64,000 nucleotides of DNA, taken from positions 208,606-272,605 of the forward strand of contig MU004196.1 in the NCBI GenBank assembly GCA_010093605.1. The letters run 5' to 3'. The position numbers and the translations under genes were made by a program. This document shows positions 12,201 through 25,938 of this stretch, one piece after another (the stretch's first letter is position 1; every line of letters starts with the position of its first letter). The notes under the pieces were generated by a model. It saw nothing but the letters and a program-made list of their open reading frames with translations, had not been told where the DNA came from and did not search any database. The DNA comes from Lophium mytilinum (taxonomy: Eukaryota).

Positions 12201-15200
12201 GAAAGAGGCGGAGAGGGCTGGACTCGACTTGGAGCTCGCTGAATGTCAGTGGCTGCAGACGGATCTTGAGGTGGCGGATGCTAGAGAAGCAAGCGGCGAT
12301 GGCGATGCTGGAGGAAATTGCACTGACGTCCTTTCAGCCCTGAATAGATCCTGGAACAAGACGCCGAGTCGCGCAGTTATCGTAGAAGAATGTTCTGCGT
12401 GACCACTCGGCTGGTCAATACTGGTGCTTTATCGAATGAAAGAGGAAGGTAACGTGAGGTTGAGAAACAGCCAGAAGGAGTTGTGCACGATAATTGTGAG
12501 GTATTGGGCAATAATTGGCTGCGTTCTTCGTCACGCGCACGAGAGGAAGCGCTGGAGAGCTGGATGATGTCGCAGGCCACAGCCCCTGCCGATTCACATT
12601 CGATAGATCTGATCTGCACCCCACAGCCGCAGATGAGAGACGTTGCCAATGATAATCGAGAGGCGATGAGGCAATGCGGCAGATGGGCAGCTGGCCGGCG
12701 GCGATGTTCACAGCTGTTCCTACAGCCGTCCAACTGAAGATGCACATCCTCGGCAAAGGCAACGATGCCCGAAACACGCGCTTTATGTGGCATAGAGGGG
12801 CTTGGCTGGCGTGGAAGCGGACTCGGAGATTATGGTAGCGTGGGGTTGGGGAGGGCTGAGACACGGGCGCTGAGAAATGAGGCCTTTCGATAAGTTTGTG
12901 CAACGTCGTGGTTGGCTGGATTAACAAATCGCTAGAGTCATTACCGGCGTGCTGGGAGCGTTGGTGGCAGCAGTGCAGTCAGCACAGCACAGAGGGCGGC
13001 CGCATTCGGGAGCGTGCAGCACGCAGCTCTCCTAGACGCAGGACAGGCGGGAACAGCTGCACAGTCCTTGGACTGGCATTGCTAGCGTGTCTGGCGCCGT
13101 CGCACCGCATCGTTGACAGCATTGACAGCGTGGTCAACGTGCCCGTGCAACTATCGCGAGACGTCTCTCCAAGTACTCGTATCTGGGCCCTTTGGAAGAT
13201 TCGAAAAAGAGGCGCACAGGACTCGAGGCACGGGAAATGCGACAGCCACGGCCGCGAGATCTGAGACCGGTCGGCTATCGCTAGCAGTTCCAATTGGCCG
13301 GGTGGACGAGTGCTCGGCAGGGGTTTCATGCTGCTCTGGTCTGATTTGGCTGGCCGACTGCCAGCCTCCACCGCGGTGCAGCGATGGCAGCGATCGCGAC
13401 AACGGTTTCCTTGGCCGCATTGCTTTTGCGCGCTTATTCAACGCACTGCTGTCGGCGAGTTTGTCGCTACGCCGTATCTCTGCTACTTCATTTCTGCTCA
13501 CGAGAAGGATGCTCCTGCTGCACTTCGCGATGGACCGACACTGAAAACTCTGGCCCTATGAAACGTTGGCGTGTCCATCTGAGGAGCTAGGAAACAGCAA
13601 AGAGTAGCGGACTTCGGCGCTGGACGGCCGCTACAGATGTGGGGGGCCTGGCCGTGGATCTGGTGCCTGAGGATTGAAGGTGGCTTTAATCTAGAGGCAA
13701 CTGAGGTCGCCGGCCTGCGTTATTCGCGGCTGTGTTGTTGGATCCGCGGCCATATTCCCTGAGGTAGTAGTGCCACAATTGCAGGATAGTGTTGTGAATT
13801 GCAACGACGTGTGCATTAGCAGAGCCATGGCGACGAGTGGGCGTCCGGGTCTGCATCCCCGTCACATCACATCGCAGGGCCGCGGGCGGGCCGGCTGGGA
13901 TCGCGGTGCGGGCTGGAGAGGTTCACGACGCCACGAGAGAGAAAGAGTTGACCACTGGCCGAAATCCTCCGGCTGAGGAGCTGTTTTCGCTCACGCGTTG
14001 GATGGGGCGGCCGTTGGGCGTCGACGAGCCGCTGCTGTTTACTCGATATCTCCCGAACACGCCGTCCAAAAAACAACTGCTTTCGACGCTTCCGGGCCGC
14101 GCTGATTGGCAGAGTTCGTGACGGTTCGACTCCAGATATCGCGGGGAGCTCGAGATCGCCCACGAAGCCTCAAAGCGGCCGACGCGTGCAAACCGAGCCC
14201 TGCCCCCGGCCTCGCGTTCGAGCTTCCGCCCGCAAGCCTCTATGCAGCCCGACCCTCTCTTGGTTCAGACCGTGCGCCCTAGCTCTGGGAGCGGAGCTGG
14301 ACGCGTTGCTGTGGAGGAGCAGAGTTTTCCAGCGTAATGTGGGCGGAAAGGGGAGTGGACATGTCGTCCTGTCCCCATCGTCGGCACTCCCCCAAATGCC
14401 TCGCCGCAGTTGGTGGCAGTTGGTGCTGCCCGCTGCAATATCGTCGCCCCCGCGGATTGGCCGGCGAGGTCTTGGGGATTGAGGCCTCGTGTGATTGCGG
14501 TTCGACGTTGCGGCCCGTGAGGTGCAAGGTTGGGTGCAAGGTGTGCCGGGGCATAGGGGAGGCGGCCAGTGTGCAGTCAGCACCGCATCTCTGCATGCTC
14601 CCCCTGGCGCTCAAAGTTCCCCACGCCACTTGCACGCTTGGGCGGCGTTCACTGACCTGGTGGCGCGCTGCTGGACCGGGCCAAGGCCCCAGGCGCAATT
14701 CACTGCCGGAGAGTGGTCGGGGTCGCTGCGAGCCCGCCCGTGCAGCTGCTGGGGTCTCCCTGGACCACAGCCGATACCACCTTAAACTGCTTCCGTCGCC
14801 CGCCGAGTACTCGAGGCAGATATTCCCCGAGTCGTGAAGACGTCGACTCCTTGCCCTCAAGTCTGCATCATTGTGTCTCTATACGCATCCTTGCGCTTTC
14901 ACTCTTTCCACTGCCTTCACGACCTCGTTGTCGGGTCTGCTTCTGTCTTTATATCTGCCCTTGACCACGTCCCGCGTTCTGGCAGCCACACCCTTGCTTG
15001 GCTCCTGCTCCCTCGATATATCGCGCCCTCCAGCTTCCGCTATCCGTGATCGTGAAAGAACAGAACCTGAGAAGAAACAGAGTGCGTCTTGAGTCCGCCG
15101 ACAGCCATCGCACGCATCGGCCCTGTCCTGCGGCACTCCTGCGGCACAGAAACCCAGTCCGTCTGACGCAAATCGCCCAACTCGGCAAACCGTTTCAACA

Positions 15201-15759
15201 GACGCAGCATCGCGGTCCATGGTGCTCGTCATATTGCAACAACATTCCGGGGTCGCAGTATAAGCATCCCCTCTCGGCGGACGATCCGACAGTCCCGCGC
15301 GCGGAACTTTTCTCAGCTTTGAATTGTGCATCTTGAGACAGCTTAATTGGTCTTCTGAGACACCTCCCGCCCTCTTGTGGAAATACGCAGGGTCAAGGAA
15401 ACGGGTAGGTGCCTTTCCGTTGAGACCACATCGTCGACGCATTCCAATTCGCGCACCCCGCCTCTTGGCCCATTCCTCGCCCAAAGGACTCACATAACAC
15501 GAACGAGATCCACACACTAACAGCTACGCCACAGTAAACACCACCATTCTAACGTCCTGTGCTCGATAAATACCGCCCCGCCATTCAGGAATCTAACTGC
15601 TTCTCCATTTCGCCACCGCCGAGGACCCGCATGTATCCATGAGTTGGTCCCGCAAAACTGCCGCTGCGTTGCAAGATTAGAGATTTCCAGTTCGAGTTTA
15701 AGTTTTGTGTGCAAGAGAAGTCTGCTTGGTGATAGGACAGGCAGCAAAGCCTCGACAAA

Positions 15760-18700
15760 ATGGCCGACTTCCAGGATCTGAATCTCGACGAACCGCAATT
15801 CCATGCAAGTGCATTTGTAGCACCGCTAGTCATCAACAAGTCGCCCCAGAGGTCGCGCAGCGCATCGCGACACACTCGGCAATCGTCCTCGAAGAGCGTG
15901 TGTAGGAGGACGACGTCGATACGATCCCAGTCTCAATCGCAAATATCGCCTCCTCTCACGCCCCGGACATCCCGAGAAGAACTCCCCTCCGCTGAGCCCC
16001 AGGCCGAGTTCCACAACTACCTGCGCGCGTTCTACCACTTCCATCCCACGTCTACCGTGTCCTCCTCCACGGACGAATCATCAATCACCGTCCCGATCAA
16101 CCAGGGCGATGTTATTCTGGTCCATTCGGTGCATCCCAACGGCTGGGCAGACGGCACCCTCCTCGCGTCAGGCGCGCGAGGCTGGCTCCCCACGAACTAC
16201 TGCGAGGCCTATGACCACCAGTCCATCCGCAGTCTGCTGAGCGCCCTCACCCATCTCTGGGACCTGGTGCGAGATGGCGAGAGTGGAGACCTAGACGTTT
16301 TCACAAAGCAAGATTATGTGAGGGGGATGATTGCAGGAGTCCGATTCTTCTTGGTAAGTCACAGCGTCATTCACCGTCGTAAGGGCGCTTGTGGCCGTCT
16401 CTAACGTTGAACAAACAGGAGAAAACGCAGTGCTTGACAAGGGAGTCTGCGCTTATTGTTGCCCACGTTGGCCTGCGACGCATGAGGAAAGGCCTGCTCG
16501 GAGACTTGTCCACGCTCGTCAAGACGGCGAAGAAGCTGCAAGAGCTCCTTCAAAGCGCCGGCTCGACGCTGGCCGTGTTCGAAGCACTGGACGAGCTCGT
16601 GCTGAAGGCCTTCAAGCTTGTGACACGCGCCGTACGGTTCCTCGACATCTGGGCGCAAGATGCCGTATCTGTGCCTGTGCCATTCGACCTCAGCGAGTCC
16701 ACCAATAGGCCTCTGACCCCACCAGTTGACTCCGCTGACGCTCAGATCGCGCCCGCAACACTGCCCTTAGACCTGGGGCTGAACGAGGATGCGACTGCTG
16801 ACCATGCGGCTATGGTGCCACAAGCGAGCTCATCGACACGGGACGAGCGGGAAGATCCGCGAAGCCAGCAGCATCATCCACGAACACGTAGCCGCGCATC
16901 GTTCACCTTTGCCCTTCCCCCCACAGAGTCCAGCGCACCACAGTCATCGTCGCTGCTAAGCGCCCAGCCTCAGTCGAAGCGCCTCTCCGTAACGCACCGA
17001 CTGTCGTACACAGGCAAGTCGCAGGGCCTCCGCAGACAGAACCTTGCTTCGGAGAGGCTTTGCGCTGCACACGACTCCTTCCTCGGTTTCATCGGCTCAT
17101 TTATTGGGCTGCACTTGCAGTCACGATCATCCTCAGAACTTCTTATGACAACCCGCGACTCTGTCATTGCCTGTCGTCAACTACTCACCGTCGTGGAAGG
17201 AGTATGGGAACGCGACTCGCAACGATCCGACCCACTGGAGCACGCAAGGGCTACGATGTACGTCAAACTCTCGGAGCTCGTGCAGGCGACGAAGGAGATG
17301 TTCTCCAACTCCGAATCTGTGAATGGCGAGGATGTCTTCATGCCGGACTCTGGTAAGCAGCTGGTTACCGCTGCCACGAGCTGCGTTCGAGCCGCCGGCG
17401 AATGCGTCACCAAAGCTCGTGTCGTCATTGAGCGTATTGGCGACTTTGAGTTCGAGCAAGCTGGCCCGGGCATCTCGGAGACTATTCTCGAAGGTATCAA
17501 CGCGAACTTGGAGAAAGAGACGGAGACCTGCAATCAAGAGCCGCAAGACACGGACAAGCCATTGCCTGCACCGCCACCAGAACCAGTTGCCCGCCCTCCT
17601 CCACCGCCGCTACTGATATCGGAATCCAAACCCCTCCCGGAACCACCCGCGCCGTCACCAATACTAAACCCCGAAACCCTACACCCAGTTATCGTCGAGA
17701 GCCCGACTGCAGTGTCTTTCAGATCGTCAAGGTCCTCGCTACCACCACTCAGTCAGCTTCCCATCCCCACGCTTCCGCAACCAAGCCCTTCAGACGCATC
17801 TCAGAGTCCCGCGAGTGCTACTCATCGGTTCTTCGGCCAAGCCGGGAGAGCAGATAGCGTCAATGTGTCTGTGGCAGGCTCAACTAGCACCTACCCAAAC
17901 AGTGTGAGAGGCGACAGTGCAAGCATCATCTCTGAGGTCTCAACAAGAGCAACGACCCCGGATCATTCGCCCACAACCCGCCATGGTGAACAAGCCTTCA
18001 TAAGCAGCTTCGGTAGCACTTCCGAGCTTCACTCTATCGCGAGCGAAGAGACAACCGGACTCGAAGCCCAACTGCTTGAGAAAACCTTCGTACATGAACT
18101 TATATACAACAAGGAAGGCCAAATTTCGGGAGGTTCGTTGCCGGCCCTCGTGGAGCAGCTTACAACGCACGAGTCGACGCCGGATTCTATGTTTGTCACG
18201 ACGTTCTACTTGACTTTTAGGCTCTTCACTACTCCCGTCGATTTCGCGAACTGTCTCATCGACCGTTTCGACTACGTCGGCGATAGCCAAGAGGTTGGCG
18301 TGCCTGTCCGCCTACGCGTGTATAACGTCTTCAAGGGCTGGTTGGAAACCCATTGGCAAGCCGACTGCGACCCTTCAGCTCTTGGTGTCATTCTCAGCTT
18401 CGCAACCGGAAAACTGAGGACTGCCCTGCCCGCAGCTGCGAAGCGACTTGCCGAGTTGACCACGAAGGTCACTGAAGTGCGCGCTGGTGCCTTGGTACCT
18501 CGTCTTGTATCCTCAATGGGCAAGACTGGAATATCAAGCACTATCTATTCTGCTGTGGACAGTGCAGCACCTAACCCGGTCATCTCAAAAAGCCAACTAA
18601 ACGCCTTGAAGAATAAGACTTCACAGTGCAATATTCTCGACTTCGATCCCTTGGAGCTTGCAAGGCAGATCACCATCATCGAGTCGAAGCTCTTCTGCTC

Positions 18701-19511
18701 CATCCAGCCCTCTGAGCTTCTTGCCTCAGAGTGGACGAAGAAGAACACTAAGAAGGCCGTCAACGTCCGTGCCATGTCCACGCTGTCCACGGATCTCGCA
18801 AACCTAGTTGCGGACACCATCCTCAGCCTAGAAGATCCTAAGAAACGAGCTATTGTCATCAAGCATTGGGTCAAGATTTCGATGAAATGCCTGGAGCTGA
18901 ACAACTACGACTCCCTGATGGCGATTATCTGCTCGCTGAACTCGTCAATGGTGCTTCGCTTAAAACGAACATGGGAGTGTGTCTCTATGAAGACCAAAGC
19001 GCGCCTTGAGGAGTTGAAGACTATTGTGGACGTCGGCCGGAACTATGCCGTCCTTCGCCAACGCCTACTAAATCACGTCGCTCCTTGCATCCCATTCGTA
19101 GGTATCTACCTCACAGATCTTACCTTCGTCGATGTCGGCAACCAGACTACCCGTCAGCTTCCCGGAGATGATGGCCACGAGGGTGTATCTGTCATCAATT
19201 TCGATAAGCACATGCGGACCGCGAAAATCGTTGGTCAGCTCCAAAGCTTCCAGGTGCCATACCGCCTGGTTCCTATCCCAGAGATGCAAGATTGGATGGA
19301 GGCTCAGATCAAGCGAGTACGAGCCAGCGACCAATCCAATGTTCAGAGCTACTACCGTCGCTCGCTCTTGCTAGAGCCACGCGAGCCTGCACAAGCCGTC
19401 AAGGCAGCGGCACCATTGGAGAGCAGTGCGCAGAGCATCACCTCCAAGGATCGCTTCGATTTCCTAAGCACCTTCACGTTCTCTTCGGCATCAAACATTA
19501 AAGACCGATAG
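15760..19511 (+). CDS. Ras guanine-nucleotide exchange factor (SH3, RasGEF_N, CDC25 domains); intron 16354-16418
   Basis: SH3 (NGWADG...RGWLPTNY); GGSLPALVEQLT, FYLTFRLFT; ELARQITIIE, LNNYDSLMAI, PCIPFVGIYLTDLTFVDVGN, INFDK. Confidence 0.93.
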
Positions 19512-21117
19512 ACTTACTCGACGCGCCTCGCGGCGCGCACTTACCTTGCATAATTCTCCCACCACCTCTTCCAGCTCTTGTATCATGTTTGGATTGGATA
19601 TCATGACCGTGCACGGCAAAATTTGCGCGTGGCTCATACCATGATATCCCTCGGTCGTTTTTCTTCTTCTCTGGATGTTTTCATACCGGGTCTATGGCAC
19701 CCGATTTCTTTCCTTTGCATGTCACTATTACGATTGCCACGGCCCCCTTCCGATTGCACTTTCTTTTCCTTCTAGATACCACTGTGAGCGTTTAACATGG
19801 GATTTTCGGGGATCGGTGTTTAAAGGGGTCTTTTGCTGCGACAAGAGTCGCCGACACTCGTTCCTCGCAGGACTACTTACTGCTTGGGGAACCTCACATT
19901 TCGATTCACTTTGTCCGCGGGGTGTATCACGGCAAAAAGTTGGGGACTGCGGCATTGCGGACACACCCGGGACGGGTATGGGAGCTCGGGCTGGGAAAAA
20001 TGCTTTGTATCATATCTGAATTGCTGCTGAGGACAAAGTAATTACGGATATCAGAATTTAGGACGAGGATGCATAATTCAATGTGTAAAGTCACTACTAC
20101 TACGCTGTGTTTGAGCCGTGAGTGATGAGTGATGAGTTAAAGGGTACTCCGCCGGCGGATTGCTTTTTGATGTCTAATTGCTGCTCTAGTGTCCTAAGAA
20201 TCGCTAAGCCCGACAGGCGAATGATACTGATCTTGAAAAGTAGTGGTAGCGGCTCGATTGTTAGGCTACGAAGGCTTTCGTGGTTGCGAGCACCCATGCC
20301 ATCTTGACATAGAACGACAACGGGAGCTTCTGTCGGGACGTCTCCACATCTCCTCGTTGTGCTTGACCCTGAGCAGATGGCTTGACCATTTCGATGACCG
20401 TTGGCCGAGGACGAGCAGGCATTATTGAGAAAAAGAGTAGATCTGTAGAAGAGACAAACAGGACGGTGAGGTAGGACGTGAGAGTGATATGGACGGAAGC
20501 ATTGGGGTGCTGGCTAGAGACTTCGAAGGGTCGTAACGAGGCTTTAAAGGTGAGGAGGGCAATAGCGAACGAGTCCTTGTGCGGTCCGACCACATTCGAA
20601 CAAAAAAATAATGCAATTATTAGAGTCGTGAAAGGGACTGGCCTTTGTGATGGCCGACGCCTTTGAGGACACTCATCGGATGCCACCTCGAGCCCTTGCC
20701 AATTGACGCAGAAAGCAGACAAAGGGTCCAGTGGACGGGAATTAGGAAGACTACATAGGACTATAAACAGCACTTCGATAAATTATGTCAGTATAAGTGA
20801 ATGGCATAAGAATAGACTGGACCTTGGCGTTTCATCGGCTCTCCACTGCTCATCTTCGGAGGCTCTACAAACTGGTGATTTGTGAACATCTGAATATCAC
20901 CAACCTGAATACTTACTCAGGCCACCATTGGTCGACGGCATTCACTTTCGGACATGCTTGCGAAAAGCCCTGACCGTCGGCGAGGAGGCTAAATCGAGAG
21001 GAGAGCCGTCACCAAAAGGTGGCGCATCCCGCCAGCTGTCTGTCCAACGTCCTTGGTCCACCACGGCGCAACTCGACTCCTTTCCTCAAGTCGAGCAATC
21101 CCCTATACATCTACTCA

Positions 21118-23298
21118 ATGAGCAATTTGATATCCTCCTTCATCATCGATCCTGTAGTACGACAAGCCCGCCGGTTCTCAACCGCATACTCTTCTGACGA
21201 GGCGCATAGCGATCGCGATCTTTCACATGCCACTCCACGTCAAGGTACGGCGGATCACCGCCACGATGAGCACCACGAGGCCGACACTGCGGTAGAGATA
21301 GAGGACGACCAGCATGCGGATCTGCTCGGCACATTTCGCCGATACTCGACGTTTATTCGTCGGGGGCGGCCAGCGTCACGACCACGGGAGCGTGCAGCTG
21401 TGGAGAACCCCGACCTCGAGGCGTTATCTATCATCTCTACCGCGGAAGAAACTCCGTTGGGCGTGACTACGAGTGGCCGCCGCAGCACGACATCGCTCCC
21501 AATACATGGACCTGCAGACAGAGGCATGTCCCAGAACCCGACGCACGGCATACCCCAGGGCTTCCGCCCGCTGAATCGGGCTGCCTCGACGCCCGTATAT
21601 CCCGTGGCCGCCCACACTGAGCAGGAGAGGAGGGACAGAGCTGGCTCTGGGGGAGGAGGGAACAATGCGCCCGTCATGTCTGAGCTGCTGCCCGCAGACG
21701 ATGGCATGCGCCATCTTAGGAGGAGGATACATGAGATACGGGACTTGACAATATCAAACGACGAGAAGGCACGCATGATGCACTATCTCATGACGGAGCG
21801 GTACCATCTTCTCAGACCACAGTCGCCGGTCAGCCTTGCGTCTCACGACCGGCCGTTCACCCCTAGCTCTACGCACTCGCTCCTCGACTCGGATATGCAC
21901 GCCTCGTCCCCGATCTCGATGACCTCGGACATCGACCCTGAGAACCCTTACAATCTCCGCCTTGGGGACACCCAGCCTAGCTACAGGACAAGAGCGGTAC
22001 GAGCGGACGGCACGGGCGACGATGACGATTTTGATACAGCGGAGGACGGAAGCTCATATGGCTGCCAGCACTACAAGCGCAATGTCAAGGTCCAGTGCCA
22101 CAGCTGTCACCGGTGGTATACATGCAGACACTGCCATGACACGGTAGAAGACCACAGCCTGAACCGCAAGATGACCAAGAACATGCTGTGCATGGCGTGC
22201 GGTACACCCCAGCCCGCAGGACAGCATTGCCGACAATGTGGACGGGAGGCTGCGTGGTACTATTGCGCCATCTGCAAGCTTTGGGACGACAACAGCAGCA
22301 GGAAAATATATCATTGTGAGGAATGTGGGATCTGCCGAATGGGAGAGGGCCTAGGGAAAGACTACGTCCACTGCAAGGTATGTCTAGTGTCTCTGTAAGG
22401 GGTTGATGATGCTAACCATGCCAAGAGGTGCAACGTGTGCATTTCAATAGCATTCGCGCAGTCGCATCGCTGCGTTGAGCGGGCTACCGAGTGCGACTGT
22501 CCTATTTGCGGCGATTATCTCTTCAGCTCATCAATACCCGTGGTATCGATGCCTTGCGGGCACTATCTCCACAAAGAGTGTTACAATTCCTACATGCAGA
22601 CAGCATATAAATGCCCGATGTGTAAGAAGAGCGCGGTAAACATGGAGCTACAATGGCGGAAACTCACTCACGCGATCGAAAGCCAGCCAATGCCCGAGGA
22701 ATTCGCAGACACAAGAGCCGTCATCCAGTGTAATGACTGCTCTTGCAAGTCTTCCGCAAAGTATCACTGGCTGGGAAACAAATGCACCAATTGCGACTCG
22801 TATAATACTAACGAGCTCCGTATTCTATCAGGAGAAGAGAGCGATCAGGCGGCAGAAGCCATGCTGTCTACGGAAATGGATACCGCGCCTAACTCGCCGC
22901 TTGCTAGACCCTCGGTCGAGATCAGAGCCGCACGCCCCTATTTCCTCAGCGTTCATTCAGGGCAGGATGACCGGTCCCGTGCCTCAACAGCCGAGCAACC
23001 CGCTTCTCTGCCTTACCAGTTGATGGAGCGTATGAGCCGGTCGCTGTCTCCTCTCAGGAACTATCTTAGCCGCTCACAAGAGGACATTAGTCATCCGACT
23101 GAAGACGAAGATGACGATATCCGAGACCGCTGGGGTACCGATGGACGTTTCCTCTCTGGTGCAGAAGACTCGAGCGGCTCTGATTCGGATTCCGACAGCG
23201 ACGAGAGTTTAAACGACGCCGATGGGGCGCTTGACGACGATGAAGCCGATGATGCTAATGAAGACTTGAACGACTTTGATCTTGTTGGACACCCTTGA
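21118..23298 (+). CDS. CHY zinc finger / RING E3 ligase (Pirh2/RCHY1-like); intron 22378-22425
   Basis: GCQHYKRNVKVQCHSC...CRHCHD, IYHCEECGICRMG, RING CPICGDYLF...CGHYLHKEC...CPMC, C-terminal CNDC...HWLGNKCTNCDSYNT. Confidence 0.92.
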
Positions 23299-23977
23299 TT
23301 TCAACTTGCGCGGGCATTTGGCAGGACTGCCGTGGGCGTTTGGGTAGCATGGCAATAGGAATGGGTTGCGGCGTGAATGACTGAAGCATGGCCTTATGAC
23401 GGGCGACGGGGTTGGTTGGGATCACTTTCGCTCATGCAGCTGGGTTTTCCCTCGGAAAAGTGTGCATTTGCATCCTACATATATAATTATTCGCATAAAC
23501 GATTCCAGTTCTGAAGTGATTGCGGGCAGAATTGCCCAAGACAGCCGAAGGATTGCGCTGAACATGAGGATATATATTGATGAGACAACGCGAGCTTATA
23601 TAGGTTATGCCAAGGGAGCTATATAGGCTACATAGACAGGACGGTACGGCTACGTGGGCGCACCGTATATAGATCAAAGCTATATATAGAGGGCCTAGCC
23701 CGCAGTCATGAAGAGACTCAACATATTACCGGCTCTTAGCGCGATACTTCAGCACGTGATGAAAGCAATTTCGCCAAGCCGTTAGCCGAGATCTCAAAAT
23801 TGATCGTGTGCGAAAACCACCAACCTCACTCCTTCGCAACGCCAAACGTCCGACCAACCCGGCCTCTCGACACCAATCTCCGACGACAAGTAAGGCCCGA
23901 TCCTCGTCACGCCCTCCTCTCCCCACCTCTGTATCAACCTCGCTAACCTCTATCTCCCGCTACCCGCAGACAACACA

Positions 23978-24666
23978 ATGGCCCCACCGACCGGCAAAGC
24001 CGCAGGCAAGAAGCCCGCGGGCACCAAGCCGCAGCGCAGCGCCATCCAGGACGTTGTCGCGCGCGAGTACACGATCCATCTCCACAAGCGGGTGCGTTTC
24101 CTATTACCCATAATACACTCGGTTTTGTGAAGTCCAGATCATGGCCACAAGAACTTAGTTTTTTGTGTGCATTGGACGGAAGACTGATTCTATGGGTTTC
24201 GTTTGGCAGGTTCATGGCGTGAGCTTCAAGAAGAGGGCGCCGCGCGCGATTAAGGAGATCAAGGCGTTTGCTGAGAGCTCGATGGTATGTTGGGATCTCT
24301 TCTTTTTCTTCTTTGACAGTCATCGGCCTGAGATGGGGTCTTTGGGGGTGGGGGGTGCGGGAGCGCGCTGCGACGACTCCGCGTAACATCCTTTCCTTCT
24401 TTCTGTCCTTTTTTTGATGGAAAGACGCAGCATATGCTAATCTCGAATTTGTGACCCAGGGCACCAAAGACGTCCGCCTCGACCCCCAGCTCAATAAGAA
24501 GGTGTGGGAGGCCGGCATCAAGGGCGTGCCATACCGCCTGCGCGTCCGCATCTCGCGCAAGCGCAACGACGAGGAGGGCGCCAAGGAGAAGCTGTACAGC
24601 TACGTGCAGGCCGTCAATGTCAAGAGCGCCAAGCATATGCAGACGACTGTTGTTGAGGATGCTTAG
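23978..24666 (+). CDS. RPL31: 60S ribosomal protein L31 (eL31); two coding introns and a probable 5'UTR intron
   Basis: [71 protein letters not shown]. Confidence 0.96.
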
Positions 24667-25938
24667 ATGGGATCTGGCCGTCGAGATGAGATGAGATGAG
24701 ATGGCTGGCATTGGGGATGAAAATGGGTGGGCGTTGGTGGGCGGATACATATGACGCTCATATGAGCGTCTGGCGGGCGCGGCTTTGTTGCTGCGGATGC
24801 TATGCTAAGCTACTGCCCGGGCTTTGGCATGGAACGATAAATCACAAACGTGTTTGTTCTTGTCATGTTTGGAACTGAGATGTTGAGGTAGTGCGGTGCG
24901 TGAAGGAAGCGGTGATATGACAAGACGATACCAGATGGAGCTCCGAGCTAATCAACACATCCTCCCAGAGCTCTAGATGCTCTATAGCACCGCGGAAATG
25001 GCGCAAAACCTAGCAGATCCACTCCATCGCATTCTTCCACTATCCCCGTCCCGTCCATTCATCATCGCCCCCAGATCCCCTATCTAACCCACCCCACAAA
25101 CACTGCATACTCTCCTCCTCAAACCCCCTCCCAGCACCCCTTTAGCAGCACACACCCACCTCTCCTCAAGCATCCTCAAGTTTGATCATGCAACCGGGTG
25201 GGACCGTCCCAACCCCCGCCTACTCAACCAGCTTCAAATCCAACCAACGTTTGAATATGTAGCCAGCATGCCAGCGGCTATAGCGATCGCACGCAAGCGT
25301 CACTTCCCGGCTCTTTGGAAATCCGATGGGGAAAGAGCAGGGAGAGTGAGAGAATGGGGATTGGAGAGAACGGTAGCACGAGCGGCTGGGACGAAGGGGG
25401 TTAGAGCGAACATTTAGGGATGGAAAGGGGTAGAGAGGTGGTGAGGTGAGGTGAGGTGGGCTGAGAAGCCTGAAGGCGTGGGGTATGCGCGATTGGCTGG
25501 CTCACGCGGAGGGGGGGATCGTGGTGTGGGCGAATGAAGGCGGTGAAGCGACCGCATTGCAGACGTGTGATGCGTCGGGGTGGATATTATTTTAGCTTCG
25601 GTTGGTCTTTGGTGAGATGAGAGCACATAAACCAGGCCTCGGGAAGCAAGGTCGATTGCTAGCATCCGGACGTGAGATGCAACGAGGAGTCTGATACTGA
25701 TATCGCTGCAGCTGGTAGGTAGAGGGAATAGGTTCCCAGCGTCCCAAAATCGCCAGCGCCCCAAAACCGACCCAAAGCGCCTCAATTCACCTGATAACCC
25801 CAACCCCTATCCCATCCCATCCCAATCCAACCCTAGCCCAGTCCAATATACCATACAAACCCCCAATTTCATGCCGATTCCTTTCCATCCCATTAACCCA
25901 ACCCAAACGCCATCCCACCCTCCCCCCCAAAAAACACC

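Noticed and set aside
14107..14133. A-box-like TGGCAGAGTTCG next to B-box GGTTCGACTCC
   Set aside because: The boxes are only a few nt apart and no cloverleaf stems form; at most an isolated TFIIIC site.
12377..15517. Numerous overlapping 70-210 aa ORFs upstream of the Ras GEF
   Set aside because: No domain signatures or codon bias; expected by chance in GC-rich intergenic DNA.
20122..20231. Possible C/D snoRNA (GTGATGA...CTGA)
   Set aside because: No terminal stem or recognisable rRNA antisense element; the short boxes occur by chance.
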